Shown: positions 36,900 to 51,139 of the stretch, piece after piece
Layout of the letters: each line of letters opens with the position of its first letter
Numbering within the stretch: position 1 is the first letter of the stretch
Assembly: GCA_028534125.1 (NCBI GenBank)
Contig: CM052817.1
Coordinates: 50,160,001-50,224,000 of the forward strand
Source of the DNA: Lama glama
Taxonomy: Eukaryota
DNA: 64,000 bases
Direction: 5' to 3'
Program-made: the position numbers and the translations under genes
The notes under the pieces: model-generated
Told to the model about the DNA's origin: nothing
The model's database searches: none
What the model saw: only the letters and a program-made list of their open reading frames with translations

Positions 36900-37245
36900 T
36901 AACCATGCTTTCTCTTGCCACAGGGCCTTTGCTTATACTCTTACTTCTGATTAGTTCACTGTTTTTCTCTTCTACCAATTCTTTCTTTCTCAGCTTGAAA
37001 ATCATTTGCCTAAGGAAGTCTCTCATTTCCTTCAAAAATTCATATTCTGTTAGTTGAGGCTTTTATAATGCTGTAGACTTATGTAAAATCATTTGTCACT
37101 GTTCTACATATATCTATATGATTATGTTTCTGTCTCTCCCACAAGACTCGAAGTTTCAAAAGAATAGGACTGTGTCTCACCCTTGCATCTCCAGTGTGTA
37201 ACATAGTATCTGGTCCATATAGCTGCTGAATAATTGTTGAAAATA
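36900..37245 (+). mobile_element. L2 3' relic
   Basis: cacagggcctttgc...tgtctctcccacaagact...acatagtatctgg...aataattgttgaa. Confidence 0.65.
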
Positions 37246-39267
37246 TAAATATATTAATTGATCTCAGTAATAGAGTTATCATCTATCATAAATTTCAAAA
37301 CATTACCAGTGGTAATCAATAGAACTGCTATTTTCTCTCAAGACAAGGACATAGAAAATTGTAAGCATTATTCTCTTTGCATCACAACAAAACAAGAAGA
37401 AAGATGATGATCAAGTTAAATCTTAAGGAATTTGCATTAAAATAAAAAATTGATATTCAGTATTCAGTTTTTACTTTAAACTAAAATTTTGGGATGACAA
37501 TTAGGAGTAGATCAGTCATTCAGATACTTTGGTAATTGGATGCCAAGCATTTGGCTACTTCTAGATATATAGAAAATACTAGAAAATAGGTAGTTTGTCA
37601 CATTGACATTCTGGTGATTGGTTGGTGGGCTAATTAAACATCTACATCTTTTAGTGTTGAGTAGAACCAAGGTACTAGAAGAATCAGTAAAGATACCTTG
37701 TTTTGGAGTTTTCTGCTGAAAATGTTAGGGGGATGATTTCAGTGATTTAAATTTTTTTTGAAATCTTATGGGTGTATGAAAACATCATTTTTATACCCCC
37801 CCCCCAAAAAAACTAAGATCATATGCATCGTCAATGGAATGCACAAATTCTTGGACTCAGGGGAAAATTCTTTTTATCAGTTTTAAGGGATGGATAAATT
37901 TCTGGTTTCTTGAGCTATGGTGGCTTTTATGGCTAATTTGATGTCAAGGTCTAGGATTACCTCATTTCTATCCTTGGTCCTAGTTCAATGCTTGGACAAA
38001 TGAAGGTGCTTAATATGAATGAATAAATTTGTATTTCAAGCAAACTTCTTTTCTCTATTGAACTCGCTAATAACTGAACTGAGCTGAATTATTTGTTGTA
38101 TAAAGTAAGAGTGGCTTGAGGAAACTTGGTTGTTTAGCATTAGGCTTCCAATTAATTTAATTTAATTTAATTTAATTTATGGGATTATATTGATAATCCT
38201 TTTCTCTTACTTTCTGTTAGAGATGGAGGGAAACAAGTCATCTATGCGGCTGGGTAGAAGTTATTAACATTGTCTATTGAAGATGTCAAGGGCATTTTCA
38301 TTTTTATGGTCCTCAGTTATTATCCCAATCCAGCAGGCAGTCATCTCCTTTGCCTCTTCAGGTATGAAATGGCAGCTGCTATAGAGACACAGCTTGGTCA
38401 CTGTTCACACTGTGGAGCTAAAGTTAATCACCGTTTGAAAACAATTGGCTGACATTAGACCAGAGAGTTAATTAAAGGGAAAGTGTTGAGACAGGAATTA
38501 TGCTCGTTTTTTTTTTTTTAAAGTTTGCCTGCATGACTAATAGTTGTAATCATTAAGAATACGAACAGAAAGTTAGTTTCCTAAATTCTAATAAATTCAG
38601 TTGACTTAACTTTTAGATTGGCTTAATCTAAATTTACTTTGTTTCCCTCTGTTTTTAATGCACTTTGCTTGGAAAATGATATTACACTGTTCAATGTCAT
38701 CTGTCTTTTTACAGTTGTAAGAGTACTTTTTTTTTTTTTTAAGTTTTAGCCTCTCATGCTTCTTTAGGATGAATTTTGTCTTTCTCCCAAGTCCTGCTAT
38801 CCAAAGTCACTGGATAAAAGACACTATAAAATCTTCCCTGGGATTTACGTCTTTGTAATTTTAAATCCATTGACTAATTTAGTGCCATTGAGTTCTCAAT
38901 CTTCAGAGGGACTTCTTTTCATTTAATGGTCTTCCTTTCATTGAGATAAAGATATCTATTTTTAAAACACCTTTAACGCCAAATGAAATTGAAATTATTA
39001 ATTGAATTGTTCTGTATTTCCTTGTATAAAGAATTTTCTAATTCTATACCCTGTCATTTGTGTGCATAGAAAGGACCAGAAAGGAGGTTAGTGGGAATGA
39101 TCTACATTTTGGAATTAATGTGTTCTTTTTGGAAATACAGCATGTATAATTTCAAGGTCAGCCAAGGAAGAAATAACACTTTAACCACCATATTTTTCAC
39201 ATGCACAAAACTGCATATTTTCTCACTACTGTTATCTCATTTGATTTTGGAGAGAGACAGTCTGGTG

Positions 39268-39535
39268 CAATATAGTGTAACAGATCTTCATCCTCAGGGT
39301 TCAACTTCTTGAATTCAAATCTTGACACCATACTTTCTAGCCACATAGCTTCACATGAGTTACTTAGTTCCTGGATGCCTCTTTCCTCATGTCTAATATG
39401 CTGGTAGCAATAATAATATCTATCTCATTGGATTTGTGAAGAACTAAGTAAATTTCTTAGAATAGGGCCTGGTCCAGAGTTAGAAATATTAATTATCATC
39501 ATCATCATCATCACCACCACCATCATTATCATCAT
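39268..39535 (+). mobile_element. MIR relic ending in an (ATC)n microsatellite
   Basis: ttcaaatcttgac...gagttacttag...ttcctcatgtctaatatg; ATC repeats ~39495-39534. Confidence 0.65.
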
Positions 39536-39598
39536 TTAAGAATCCAGGTTGAAATATGACCACAGTTACACTCCTTGAACCTTAAATCCATGTAGATT

Positions 39599-40060
39599 TG
39601 TGATAGACATTACTGGTTGCTCACTCCAGTGTTAATTTCCCTTTTTTCCTTGCTAACAGGATGCTGGTCATGGGTATAAACTGTGAGGTAGAAGCCCATC
39701 ATCATTCTTACATTTCTAGCCAATGAGATGTAAGAGAAAATTTGCTGAGGTAAATATTTTCCTTCTCAAGTAACAGAGCTCATTTGTACCCTGCTCTCTT
39801 TTCCTGCTTTGGATGCTGTGATACGAGGTTATGATGCCTAGTGGTGTGGCAGCCATCTGTGACCATGAGGCTACAAGCCTGAGGCAAAATTTTAGACTCT
39901 GAGAAGGACAGAGTAGGAGCAGAAAAAGAAACTTGGTCCTTGCTGATGACATTTTTGAAAATAAGACCACCTCTAGATTTGTTAACAATCAATCTTCTTA
40001 ACTTTTAGGATATTATTAATGAATCTTTCTTACTTGCAGCTGAAAAGATCTTAATTAATA
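39599..40060 (+). mobile_element. Old ERVL LTR (LTR16-like)
   Basis: tgtgatagac...ttccttgctaacag...gcagccatctgtgaccatgagg...tcttacttgcagctgaaa. Confidence 0.65.
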
Positions 40061-40061
40061 C

Positions 40062-40500
40062 TGGATTCTTTTGGTGGCAAGTGACAGAAAGCTAACTCAA
40101 ACTAGGAAATTTATTGAGGCATTGAGAGCAATTCATGCAGTCAAATGAATTGCTATAAGAACCACAGTAATTCAAAGGACCTCAGAGATGGAAGCTAGGG
40201 TCTTGAACACCACTGTACACTTCCCTCACCCTTTCTCCTCTCTGCTACTTTCTGTATTGTCCTCATTTGTTGCTACTGCCGATGAACTTTTTCTGGCAGC
40301 ATAGGTGCTCAATCAGAAAAAATAAAAACAATAGAAACAGAGAAATCTCTCTTAGCTTCTGTTGGAAAAATAACAAAGAAAGGATGCTAATTTGATTCTT
40401 GTGTCAGCTGCTATAGCCAGGGCAGGAGGTTGGATCAGCCCATTGCTTTGACCAAGGGAGTGAGGTTTCTTTCTGGTAGATTAATAGGGATAATACACAG
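40062..40500 (-). mobile_element. Old MaLR/LTR relic
   Basis: ggattcttttggtggcaagtgacagaaagctaactcaaact is a typical old MLT1-type end. Confidence 0.5.
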
Positions 40501-40714
40501 ATGCTGGATGGAGAATTACTGTGGGATGGGCAGCCACCCCTATTTATTTCTTGTATAAAAATTTAGTAGTTGTGAAAAAGATTTTCCCTGGGGTCATTTG
40601 GGTCTTAGCTTGAATTAATTTTGCTTTGTTTATGCTAGGGTCATTTCTCATTTCCCTGGACTAGTTTGACCTTGTGTGTATGCGACCAGAAGAGAAATTC
40701 AGAACCTGGAGTGC

Positions 40715-41629
40715 TGTAGGGGAATGCCCCTGTGGGATTTGCTATGGTGTCTTCATTCTCATTTCACAGAGGCTGCTTGCTCTGTGGACTAAACTACACT
40801 GGGACGTGAAATGGGTCATCCAGGCTACACTGGGCTTTGAGATAGGGTGACTGTCAGATTATCTTGTCAGAGCCTATGAATGCTGGTCCTGAGCTCCCTA
40901 TAAAGTATTCTCCCTCTTTGCCGCAAGTGTTTCTGGGAGGTTTGTTATAAATCCTCACAGAGAACCACATGGCCTGCCCTGAGCACTGCTCCACCATGGA
41001 CGTGGCTGCTGGGTGCCACACTGCCTGCTGGGGGCCATTGCTGCTGCTGGACACTGCTAATCTCCACTCTGGGCTCTGCTGCCCTCTTTGGCCAAACACT
41101 GCAGTTACTTCTCTCTCATGGCAGCTCCTTCTTTGTCTCCCATCAAGCAGCCACTGCCACAGGTCTGCTGAAGTCTCTGAGGCCCCCAGGCTACCCAGTG
41201 GCACAGGGACAGCTGGGAGAATGCCTCTGCCCCCTCTACGCGCTATGCTCTTCAGGGTGTTTCCAAACCTTGATAACTTACAGAGGTCGGAATGAAGCGC
41301 TTGGGTCTTGTTTCTTAAGTTATAACCTGCCCCTTTTTCTTTTCCTTTCCTCTCATAACCGCACTGCACAGCACCCAGACTTAAAGACCATGCCTGGGGA
41401 TGTGCCAGGGCCAGGCGTACGGCAAACACCAGAAGCATTGCCCACCATCTGCTGGAAGGATTTGCTGCTTAGCCCAGCTTGTCCTCTTGACACTTTTTTT
41501 TCCTTTTGGGTTGAGTTGTATTCCAGGAAGTTCTTCAGCTTTGAATAAAAATAGATTTCTGGCGGGCTTGTTTCACCCACCATGTCATCCTGAATGAGCA
41601 GACTTGTCTAGTCTGAGAGGTGGATACCA
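40715..41629 (+). mobile_element. Probable ancient LTR, GC-rich, ~0.9 kb, family uncertain
   Basis: TG start (tgtaggggaat), TATAAA 40899, AATAAA 41544, possible CA end at 41629; no TSD seen. Confidence 0.4.
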
Positions 41630-41924
41630 CTAGGCCCATGGCTTTCAGAGTCTTAGGTTTAAAAGACTGGCTAAATTTCAGAAAAAGGAGTTCCAGCTCT
41701 ATTTTGCGTGGAATGGAACTAAAGAAAGTAACACAAAATTCCCTCACTACTATCATGTGCTATTTCCAATATTTCACAAATGAAAAATGTAAAACTTAAG
41801 AATGATAAAAATGACATAGTTTTAGAAAAAAAGTATTGTTTCAAAAATATGCGGCTGAAAATATACCTACAGACACAAACATTCAGCAGTAACTAAACCT
41901 GACTGCCTCTTACACATGTATTCA

Positions 41925-42130
41925 CAGTTTCTAGACTTAATCCCTAGAGGTGTCGATTCAGGACTGGTGATCTATATATTTAAGAAGCTCCCTAGGTGAT
42001 TCTAATGCAGCCAGTCAGATTCACATGTGGACTATTTTTTCTCTTCTCTTCTTCCCCCCACCCCCATGAAGTAGTGAAAAATCAATTGCAGATCAACAGT
42101 GGTCTATAGACTAGCCCTTGGGACCCAGCT
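41925..42130. mobile_element. MER5-like hAT relic
   Basis: aagctccctaggtgattctaatgcagccag. Confidence 0.55.
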
Positions 42131-43224
42131 GGCTCAAATAGAATCTGGAACCTTGATTATCTGATATTTCCCTGACATGCCCATGTGCTTGCTTTCCTCA
42201 CTGAAAGAAGTGCTAACTAGTAAAATGTTACAGATGGGAAAATTATGTGACTTGACCCAGTTCAAGCATGACAAGTGAGTGTTAGGTGATTACAAAGTGC
42301 CCATCAGTTGGCAGTAACTGCTAGAATGTCACGCTCAGAGGATGCTAGGGCTCAGCCCGTGCTCAGAAGAGATGAATGTCAGGATCGATCAGCAGAGTCT
42401 TCTGCAGGGTGGAAGAGGAGTGGGTGGCACACTGTGGCATGTATTTGTTGTTTTTAGTCTGACTCCTTGTACAGAGATGCACAGTGCTTGAGAAAATATT
42501 AGTGGTTTTAACTGATTTAGCAGTCTCTTCAATTATTATAGTACAGAAGTCATCCATTTGAAACTGTAGTAAAACGGTGCCTGAATGCCTGTCATCTCAA
42601 AAGTCTTCATGCATTAAGAAGTCATTTAATCTAGAGCCAAGTTATAATTATTGCATTTAAATTGAGGGCATACTACTGTGTTACATCTGTGTGGCCATTA
42701 GGGTACCTAACAATTTATTGAAAGGACATTTGTTGTCTATTTGCTATACACCAATTCTAGGCAATAGGTTAGGGGCCAACTATGGAGAGTCCTTACCTGC
42801 AGGGAAATTTTTCCATTGGGGGAAGTAGATCTCTAAATAAATGATAATAATTAAAAATTTATGCAAAGTACTCCAGGAACAGAGACAGGAAGGATTAACT
42901 CTGAATTTTAAATGAAGAAGAAAGAGAAATAAATTATCTTAGTTGAGATAGTAATAGAATTAGCAGAGTAAATTATTGCAAAGAAATGCTTTGCAGGATC
43001 TGGAACATGTTGCTGAGTTTGGTCATTGAGTCTTCTGGCTACAGATTTTTACTGGAGGTGATACTTACTTCTTTGAGACAACATATACTTCATTTATAGT
43101 CTCTTATGGTGTTTGTCTTATATTTTACCAACATATTTATCTAGAACCCTCCTCCTCAATATATTATGAGCTGATCTACCTAAATGATGACAATCTATCC
43201 AGGTAGAGTGTAGGAGAATGGAGT

Positions 43225-43445
43225 AGGAATGCCCGGACACTAATCCTAGAACTTTTCTTTAACTGTGTGATCTTGAGCAAGGAAATTTTAAAAATCTTTG
43301 TAATTCCTCATCTGCAAAATGAGAATTATAATAATAACTATGTTGTTAGTTTGTAGTAAACATTAAATAATGTAACGTATGTAAGAGTTCTTATCGTAGT
43401 GCTTGGCACTTAGGAAGTGCTCAATGAATGTTAACCATTACCAAT
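43225..43445 (+). mobile_element. MIR SINE
   Basis: ctgtgtgatcttgagcaag...tcctcatctgcaaaatgaga...tggcacttaggaagtgctcaatgaatgtta. Confidence 0.75.
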
Positions 43446-45871
43446 ATTACTATGTGTCCTTGAGCTCTAAATCTGTGCTGTATCATCGTGGGGACTCATT
43501 AAATATTTGTTGTTTCTGTTGAAATTGAGCACCCTTTCTTCACTTTTCTGAGTTTCTTCTCCATCTTTCCATCTGTCCATCCATCCATCCATCCATCCAT
43601 CCAGTTATCTTCTATGTGCTTGACACATCTCAAGACTCACTCCCATTTCCCACAAAAAGCTTCCAATCTTGGCTTCCAAGTCTTCTTCCATAACTCTTTA
43701 ATTTCTCTTTCCAAATCCTAGGAAGGAACAGTGATGGTGAGTCTACTGGGGAGATAGTTGGCACAAGCAGTATTTATGTAATGAGAGACTGTGTACCTCT
43801 GAATGTGACGATGTGCTCTATCTGATAATACTATTCTTTTCTTTCTGACACTTAAAGCAATCTCAGATAACTTTGCTTTTTTTTACTTTCTCACTTGAAT
43901 TTCTAGCCTTAGAAAATAAAATACATTGTACCAGTTTTGTTCTCCATCGTATCTCTAACATCTAGCAAAGTGACTTCTATCTGATAAGTACTCAGTACAC
44001 ATTTGTTAAAGGAAAAAATAAATTAAATAAATAAATTATGGAGTTGATATTATGACTTTGTGTTTTGGGAGGGTATGAATTAGTATGAATCAACGTCCTA
44101 CTTTGGACCTCTGCCCTTTGTTTTCTTTTAAAGGTAAGTATGCTTGATTCAATGTGTGTGTATGTGTGTTGGGAGTGACCTGGTGATCACTTTATATTGA
44201 ACAACTCTCTGTTTTTTTGGAGGGGATACACTTTTACAGTTGATAATGTGGCTAGGTCAAAAGCTCATTTAAAAACTCTTAGTGTTTCTACAATATAATT
44301 TTGAGTTAAGTGGAAGTAACATATAAATTATCAAGCTAAACCAAATTAATGCCATATAGTCTTAGAGTCCTACATCTTATTCCGATATATATGCCAATGA
44401 CTTTAGCATTTGGTACACCTTATTGCTGTATACTTTTAGTGCTGCTTGACTTCATTTATATTAATGTGTTAGATAAAACTTAAAGAAGAAATTAAAAATA
44501 AGGTATTATTCACATCAAACATTGTGGTACCACTATTTTAAACTAAATCTTGGGAGTAAACATTCTTATGGGAAAGCTATGTAAGCTTTTCAAATTATAT
44601 TACATCCATAAATGGAACTGGAGTCTCAAGCAGCATTTATGTCTTAGTCTGAGTTATAGCTTGCTTCGCTGCTCCCTAAACACAAAATTTTCCACTATCG
44701 ATGTGGGACATATGCTCTTTCAGCTCAGTATGCTATGGAGCTCAAGTGTGGCACATTTACATTGGCAGCTCCTTAGGAAGAAAAAAATAGCACGGGGAAC
44801 ATTGAAGTCTTAACTGTAGAAGAGGTTCGAAATACACATGTTGAAGCACTAAGCTTTCAGAAAGTAGTAATTTTCCTGATTTTTATTAGAAACAGGATAT
44901 ACGAGCATAGCAATGAATGGTAAATCAGCATCTCTCCCTCTTTACCAGCTTTTATGATCAGCGTTAATGGCGGCAACTGTCACTGAGATTATGGCTGCTT
45001 TATTTCAAGGGAGTCTAAGAGGCAGAGCATAGTACGAGTATTTTATAAACATGTATTTTTAAAGTCAGCCATTTGGGTTTTGCAGGGATGACAAACGATT
45101 CCTAGGAGGGCTTAAAAATGGAGAGGGATGGCGTGAAAGAGGGAAAGAAACGGGAGAAATAGTATCATTTATTTGATGTAGAAATTTGGATGTTAGTTAT
45201 CATCCACATTTCTGTTAGCCATTTTATTCCAGCCTAAGTGGTGCCAAAATTATTTTATTGATCAGCTATCCTGGGACTGAAAAAGCCACGTTCTGACCAG
45301 GGACATGTGACTTTTACTTCCCATTATAAATCAGTATGGGCCTCCAGAGTGTAGTTGGTTTAACTACATTTGTGATTATTTTGTGAAAGATAAAATCCCC
45401 TATCTGTCACTTCCCAGACCTTAAGCCCTTATGGGAGTTTACAAAGTCGTAGGAAGGAGATCATCTCTACCATCTTTCTCCCAGTGTCTTCTGTGTGTTT
45501 GATAAGGGGAGCTAACGTATATGGCTGTGGTACAAAAGGTACCCAAAGCAAACTGTTCCTGTTGAATAGCAACAGTACCATTAGCAAGAAAGGAAGCTTT
45601 CACGCTGTACCTGACTTAAAAACATTTCGTAGGTGGACCAGATGTGAAAAAAATTCCTGCTCCGTCCTCATTGCCCTGTTAGAACTACTGCCGCTAAAGC
45701 CATTATGATAATGTATGAAGGTTTTAGAAAATGTGTTGGTGCAGAAATGGAGGCAAGAAAGAGCCACACAGAGGACCTGACCCTCAGCCTGTATAGCTGT
45801 CTTCTCTAGAAAACCCTTGGCATTTAAAACGTCTTTTTTCCCTTCACTTCTAAATTGTCAGAATATTTCTT

Positions 45872-46140
45872 TTGTTCATTTATTTATTTATGAACAAATC
45901 ATTATTGAGTATATAATAAGTGCCAGACATGTGCCTAGGATTTGAGCATACACTGGGGAGTGATGCAGAAATGGTGCCTGTCCCAGAGAACTCAGGTGGA
46001 GATGACATAGTCAGACAAGGAAGCTAACTGCTAGAGGGACACATGGCAGAGCTGCCTAATTTCACCTATAGAAGTTAGGGAGGGCTTCCTGGATGAAGCA
46101 GCTTCTAAACTAATACCTAAAGGATGAGTTGGAATTAAAT
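45872..46140 (-). mobile_element. L2 3' relic
   Basis: ttcatttatttatt...ttattgagt...gtgccagacatgtgcctagg...agggcttcctggatgaag. Confidence 0.7.
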
Positions 46141-46549
46141 TCCACACTGAATGTCTTCATAGACAATGTATATAAAATAACTTGTAAATTGTGAAGCACT
46201 ATGTACAGATTATATTTTACTATTAATTTTCTTGTAATGAGGTAATCTTTAAATATGTACCTTAAAATATCTAAATATATTTTGACATATGTTGTGACAG
46301 CAGTATTGTTATTAGAGGTAGGAAACATCATTTATAGGTATGTTGTTTTCTGAATCTATGTAAAATATATCACTTTCTAGACCTAGTGCTCTCTAACCAC
46401 CTAAGTACTCAGTCTTATTCAATTGAGGGACTCAGTTAGCGAGAACTTTTCCATCAGGAGGTACTGGAAGGGTAAATAGCTTCTATTCTGGATTGGAGCC
46501 AGTGGGTTACGACCATTGCCTGCCTATTCCATGGGTGGATGGTTTGAGT

Positions 46550-46700
46550 GTGATAGGGAGTCAGAAGACTTGGGTTCTTGTTCTGATGTAGCAATTAAAT
46601 AGGAAAATGGCCCAAGACAAGTCACTGTATTTCATTTGGTCTCATTTCCTCATCTGTAAAATGATGACTTGTAAGAGACAATCAATGATAAACTTTCTAG
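46550..46700 (+). mobile_element. MIR relic
   Basis: gagtcagaagacttgggttct...caagtcact...tttcctcatctgtaaaatg. Confidence 0.7.
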
Positions 46701-48589
46701 AGCAGCTTCTGAGTTGAAGTACTAATGTTATCCCCAAATCATTTATTGATGCCTTTTCTTCTTGATTTCCTATTATAAGAATCTCAAGAGAACTTAAGTT
46801 ACGTGCTGATTTCCTTACTCTATGGAGCAGGCTTGCTCTGCTATTAATTCAAAAGGGAGGAGATGCAAGTTGCATTTACATCTAAATATAGTTACATGTA
46901 TATGCGAAGGTGTGTATAGATGTGAGTTGTCAAACTGCTAAGCTAAAAATATCTTCAGAATGAAAAAGGACCTGAAAAATGTCAACACACTATTTTGTTC
47001 CCTTTGCTTATTTATTTGAACTCCTTTTTTTCTGCCCCAGATTCAAGAAAGATCATTTGTAAGAGGAACTAGTAGGTAGCAAACGTGGGAACTTTTCTGA
47101 ACTGAGGCTTACATGTTACAGTAGTGCAACGTTTAATGTGTAGTAATTTTGATGTATGTCAGAGACTAAAATAAGACCACAGGTATTTTATATAGTGGAA
47201 AACAATGGTAGGTAATACCTGTGTGATATTTTAGCTAATCGGTGAGAATGTTCCAACATTCTATCCCCATAATTCAGAGCTTTCTCCTTACACTTACACT
47301 ACTGGCTTACTTTTTACCTATTAAACCATATCAAATAAGGCAGTCTCACACTGAGAAAATACAAATATGCCAATAGTTTCTTCTCTGAAATTATAGTGAG
47401 GATTTTACCCAGTGATGTGTTCCTCTCCTCATCCCAACACACACATTGCTTATGTGACCACCAGATATCATTCTAGTTTTATAAGACAGAGGAACATGTT
47501 AGGGACACATCATGACAGATGCCTAACAGATAAGCCAACATGAAGAAGATTTGAATAGCATTTTCCTGATGAAAGCTGATTTCTGGGCTTTATCTGTCTT
47601 GGCAAAGAAAGTCGTACTGCTGGATGACAAGTATTTTGATTAAAATTGAACAAACAGTAGCCTTAAGTTGATGCATAAGCTGTTGATGCTTTCATGTCAA
47701 CAAACAAATACTGAGTCGGAACTAGGCTGTAAAAGCAACAGCAAAAACCTTTCCTCCCTCTCACTCTCCTGTGGCAATCAAACAGCAAGCTGATGCCAGC
47801 CCTCGCCTCTCTGGATTTATGAAAATCCCGGGGGAAGGAAAGAAATCACACAGTTCCCCTCTTCACTTACTCTTGTACTAATACTGTCAAAATTGTTTTC
47901 TTCTGTTTTTATATTATTGATATTATTTCTATTACTTTTTTATATTATTGATAAAGAATATATAGGTCACAGAAATTAAAGGAGTGCTTTTTTTAAATTG
48001 TTTTGGCAATAGGACTTTTTTTCATTCTTTTTCTAGTAGAGAAAAAAGTGTTCTTGGTTACTGATTATAGCTATTGAGTCAATGCCTGAAAACATGCACA
48101 TGCGTGCAAGCACCACACACCTGAAAACAGAACATTTCTTAGGGTTCAGGATACCAGAGTTCTAGGTCCAAAGATATTTCCCACTAGATGTGTGCGTGAG
48201 GTGGGTGCTACACTGAGCTGCCCAGATCCCCCGCTCCCTGGAGGCTGATGGCTCAAAAACCTTATCCTTCTGCAGACAGACACCTTTCTGTCTAAGTCAC
48301 TCAGTGGTGGTAGGTACAAAGGCCCATTATAGGTTGGTGAAAGGCTAGCCCTTGAGTCAAGTTCTGGTCAATCTTGCCTTTCAATTTCTTCCCCAAATAT
48401 TCCCTTTACTTTCTGTCTAAATTCTATCATCACCCCCAAACCATAGAACTCAGATCCACTTCCTCCATGAAATTTTCTGCAGCAAGTCTAGTACACGTTG
48501 ATTTCTTACTTCTTTTTATTTCTAGGGTATCCAAACCTCCACATTTGTTTAAATGCTTTCCAGTTGAAAAACTATCTTCACATGCCTTC

Positions 48590-48790
48590 CCTGATTGGAT
48601 CCTCAAAACTACTTCATGGTTTGGTGAAAACAAGTATCGTTATTCCCACTTCACAGTGAAGTCCAAGGGTAAGAAAGAATGAGTGGTTTGCTCTAGGTCA
48701 AAATTGGCATCTGATAGATCTGGGATTCAAATCTGTGTGTAATAACTCTGCACTCGATGGTGTTCTTACCACTTAAATCGTGCTGCCTTC
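48590..48790 (-). mobile_element. MIR relic
   Basis: tattcccacttcacag...aggtca...ctgggattcaaatct. Confidence 0.55.
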
Positions 48791-50689
48791 TCAGATGCAT
48801 TTGGTGCTGTGTCGTTAAGTGAATTATGTGCATCAACCTATTGCTTTGGGCTTCATCTTGCTGCTATAGATACTGTGCCTTCTTTATCCCAAGGATGTAG
48901 GAAGGCCTTTAAATTCTTTGACTTAGGATTCTGCTAACAGCATTAGTGTTTCAGCTTTGGAAGGAAAACTTGTCATGTCCCCCCCATTCTTTCACTCAGG
49001 TTTTCAAAAGCATGGAGCCTCTGAGAGGACTGGGTCAAAGGAGAACTGAGTCCAAACATCAGGAGAGACAGAAGTGGGTGAAGCTGGAGAGGAGAGAGGC
49101 TTTGAGAGTTTTAGCCAAGACTTAGAAGGAATTTTCCAGGTTCCATCAATAGTGAGGACTAGTCTTTTCTCCCCTGGGGCTCCCTGGGGCAGAGGCTGGA
49201 CCTCCGTAGTGAATGTTAATGCTCTACACCCAGGGAAGCTGAACAATCTCCTTGTCCAAGTTTCACCCAGGACCAGTGGTGGCACGTGAATGAGGCCTCT
49301 TTCAGGATTGTTCAGTGTACATATCAGTGGTGACCAGTGTGGGCTGAAGATCTAAGAACTCTTTCTTGAATATCTTGGGTTGCAGAAGACTCTCAGTTTT
49401 TGTGTGATTGTGAGAAGGGGTAGTTCCTCCCCATATTGCTGGTATTTTCATTTCCTACCATGCAGGCAGGTGTGGGCTCAGAGTAGATGCATGTTATTGA
49501 GAAAAAGTGAAATACTAATGACCCTTCTCATACCTGACCTTTGTGGTGTGCTCGCTTCACACTCACCTTATATGCACGCCATCATTGTTGGTTTTATTAA
49601 TTGATCATCTTCTGGATGAGACTGCAGTTTCCCTTGGGTGAGGGTTGTCCTTGGACTCGTTTATGTCGCCTCAGTCACTATAACTTTACAATGGAACTAG
49701 TAGGAACTCATTAAAATATAACAACAACAAAACCAAACTAAATGTTCAGATACAGACTTACTTCTGATCTTGGATAAAGGACTTGTTAATTTGAATACTG
49801 AATATCCTGTTAAAGTAAAAATACATTTTTCTATTTCTTGCATTTTCTGAGCCAGTTTGGCCACGCCCTTGGAGTCCTCCCCAGCCACGATCAGCATAGC
49901 AGGCCCTGTGCATGCACGCAACTCCAGACTCTGCTGCTCTCTTTACATTTTAAACCTGTTGTTCTGCTTTGTGTTCCTAGTTTTGCCTTTTGTTCTGTCT
50001 TGCCTAAATTCTGTTGCTTTGCCTAACCTCTTGAGATGGATGACCCAGTTTTGTGGCCTACTTCTTTGGCTTTGTTTTATCCCCTGGACATTGCCTTTGG
50101 ATCATCTTTATCTCCATACTCTGCAGAATTTGGGCCATTCTGGCTTCACTAATGACTCCCAAGATTCCATTCTGAGTTCCATGTTTGTCTGGGAAGGGAC
50201 ATCAGGCTAATATTTGATCTGGTGAATTAAACTAATGACCACTTACAGTACATCAAGTAGATGATGCATATACAGGTTATCATACTGCACCAGGTATGGC
50301 TTCGTTTTATACAAACCTACTGAACATTAGTGTAATATATGTGATAAGGTTTGGAAGGGAAAGTCTGCTATTGTAATTTTTTTGGTCAGATGGAATTCTA
50401 AGCTTAACTAAAAGAATGTAAACCAAAATAAAACAACAATCAGAACAAAAGCTCTACTTTGGAATTTGACAATAATAGAGAGATGTTTTTGTTTCCCTAG
50501 TTTGTTTTGTTTATGTGTATCTCTGAATAAAGAGTTTCTCTGTTTGGTCACCATTATCCTTCAGTTTACAAACTGATTTAATTTTGGACCTGGGCCTGTG
50601 AACGTATTGGTGTATGCTTATACCCATAAGTGAAGATGCTAAAGGATTTCATCAACTCTCTTTTTTTTTTGATAACTTTTCTAGGTTTT

Positions 50690-50870
50690 AGAAGCTCTAT
50701 ACATTTATCTCATTTATTCCTCACAGTAATCTGGCAGGGTATGCATTGTTATCTCCATTTTAGGGGTAAAGGTAAAATACCATGGTCAACGTTTAAAGCC
50801 AGTAAGTGACTGAGGTTAGATTTGAGCTGCAGCCTCTTGACTCAAGCCTGCCCTCTTCCTATTGTACGAC
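50690..50870 (-). mobile_element. MIR relic
   Basis: atctcatttattcctcacagtaatct...tatctccattttag. Confidence 0.55.
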
Positions 50871-51139
50871 CACTGACAAGTCAGTCCACTCTAAGCTCAA
50901 ATCTAGGTTAGTGTTTCTCAAAATACGATGTCCAAGGATCACCTGCATTAGAAGCACCTGGGAGTGTAATTAAAACTCCTGCCTGACTTCTGACCTATTG
51001 CACTAGAATCTCAAACTCCCTGTAGGCAACTCCTTTCTTCCTCCTTCCTTCCCTCCCTCTCTCCCATTTTCTCCTTCTTTTGTTCCTTTGGCTAAGCTTA
51101 TCAGTGAATCTCTCATGGTATCTTCATTTAAATTTTAAA

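Noticed and set aside
40854..41438. Longest ORF (194 aa, minus strand) and overlapping ORFs
   Set aside because: No recognisable protein, no ATG at the annotated start, and it lies in a GC-rich LTR-like block where long chance ORFs occur on both strands.
44040..44140. Strong splice donor AAG|GTAAGT at 44134
   Set aside because: No convincing upstream acceptor or recognisable reading frame; such motifs occur by chance in 64 kb.
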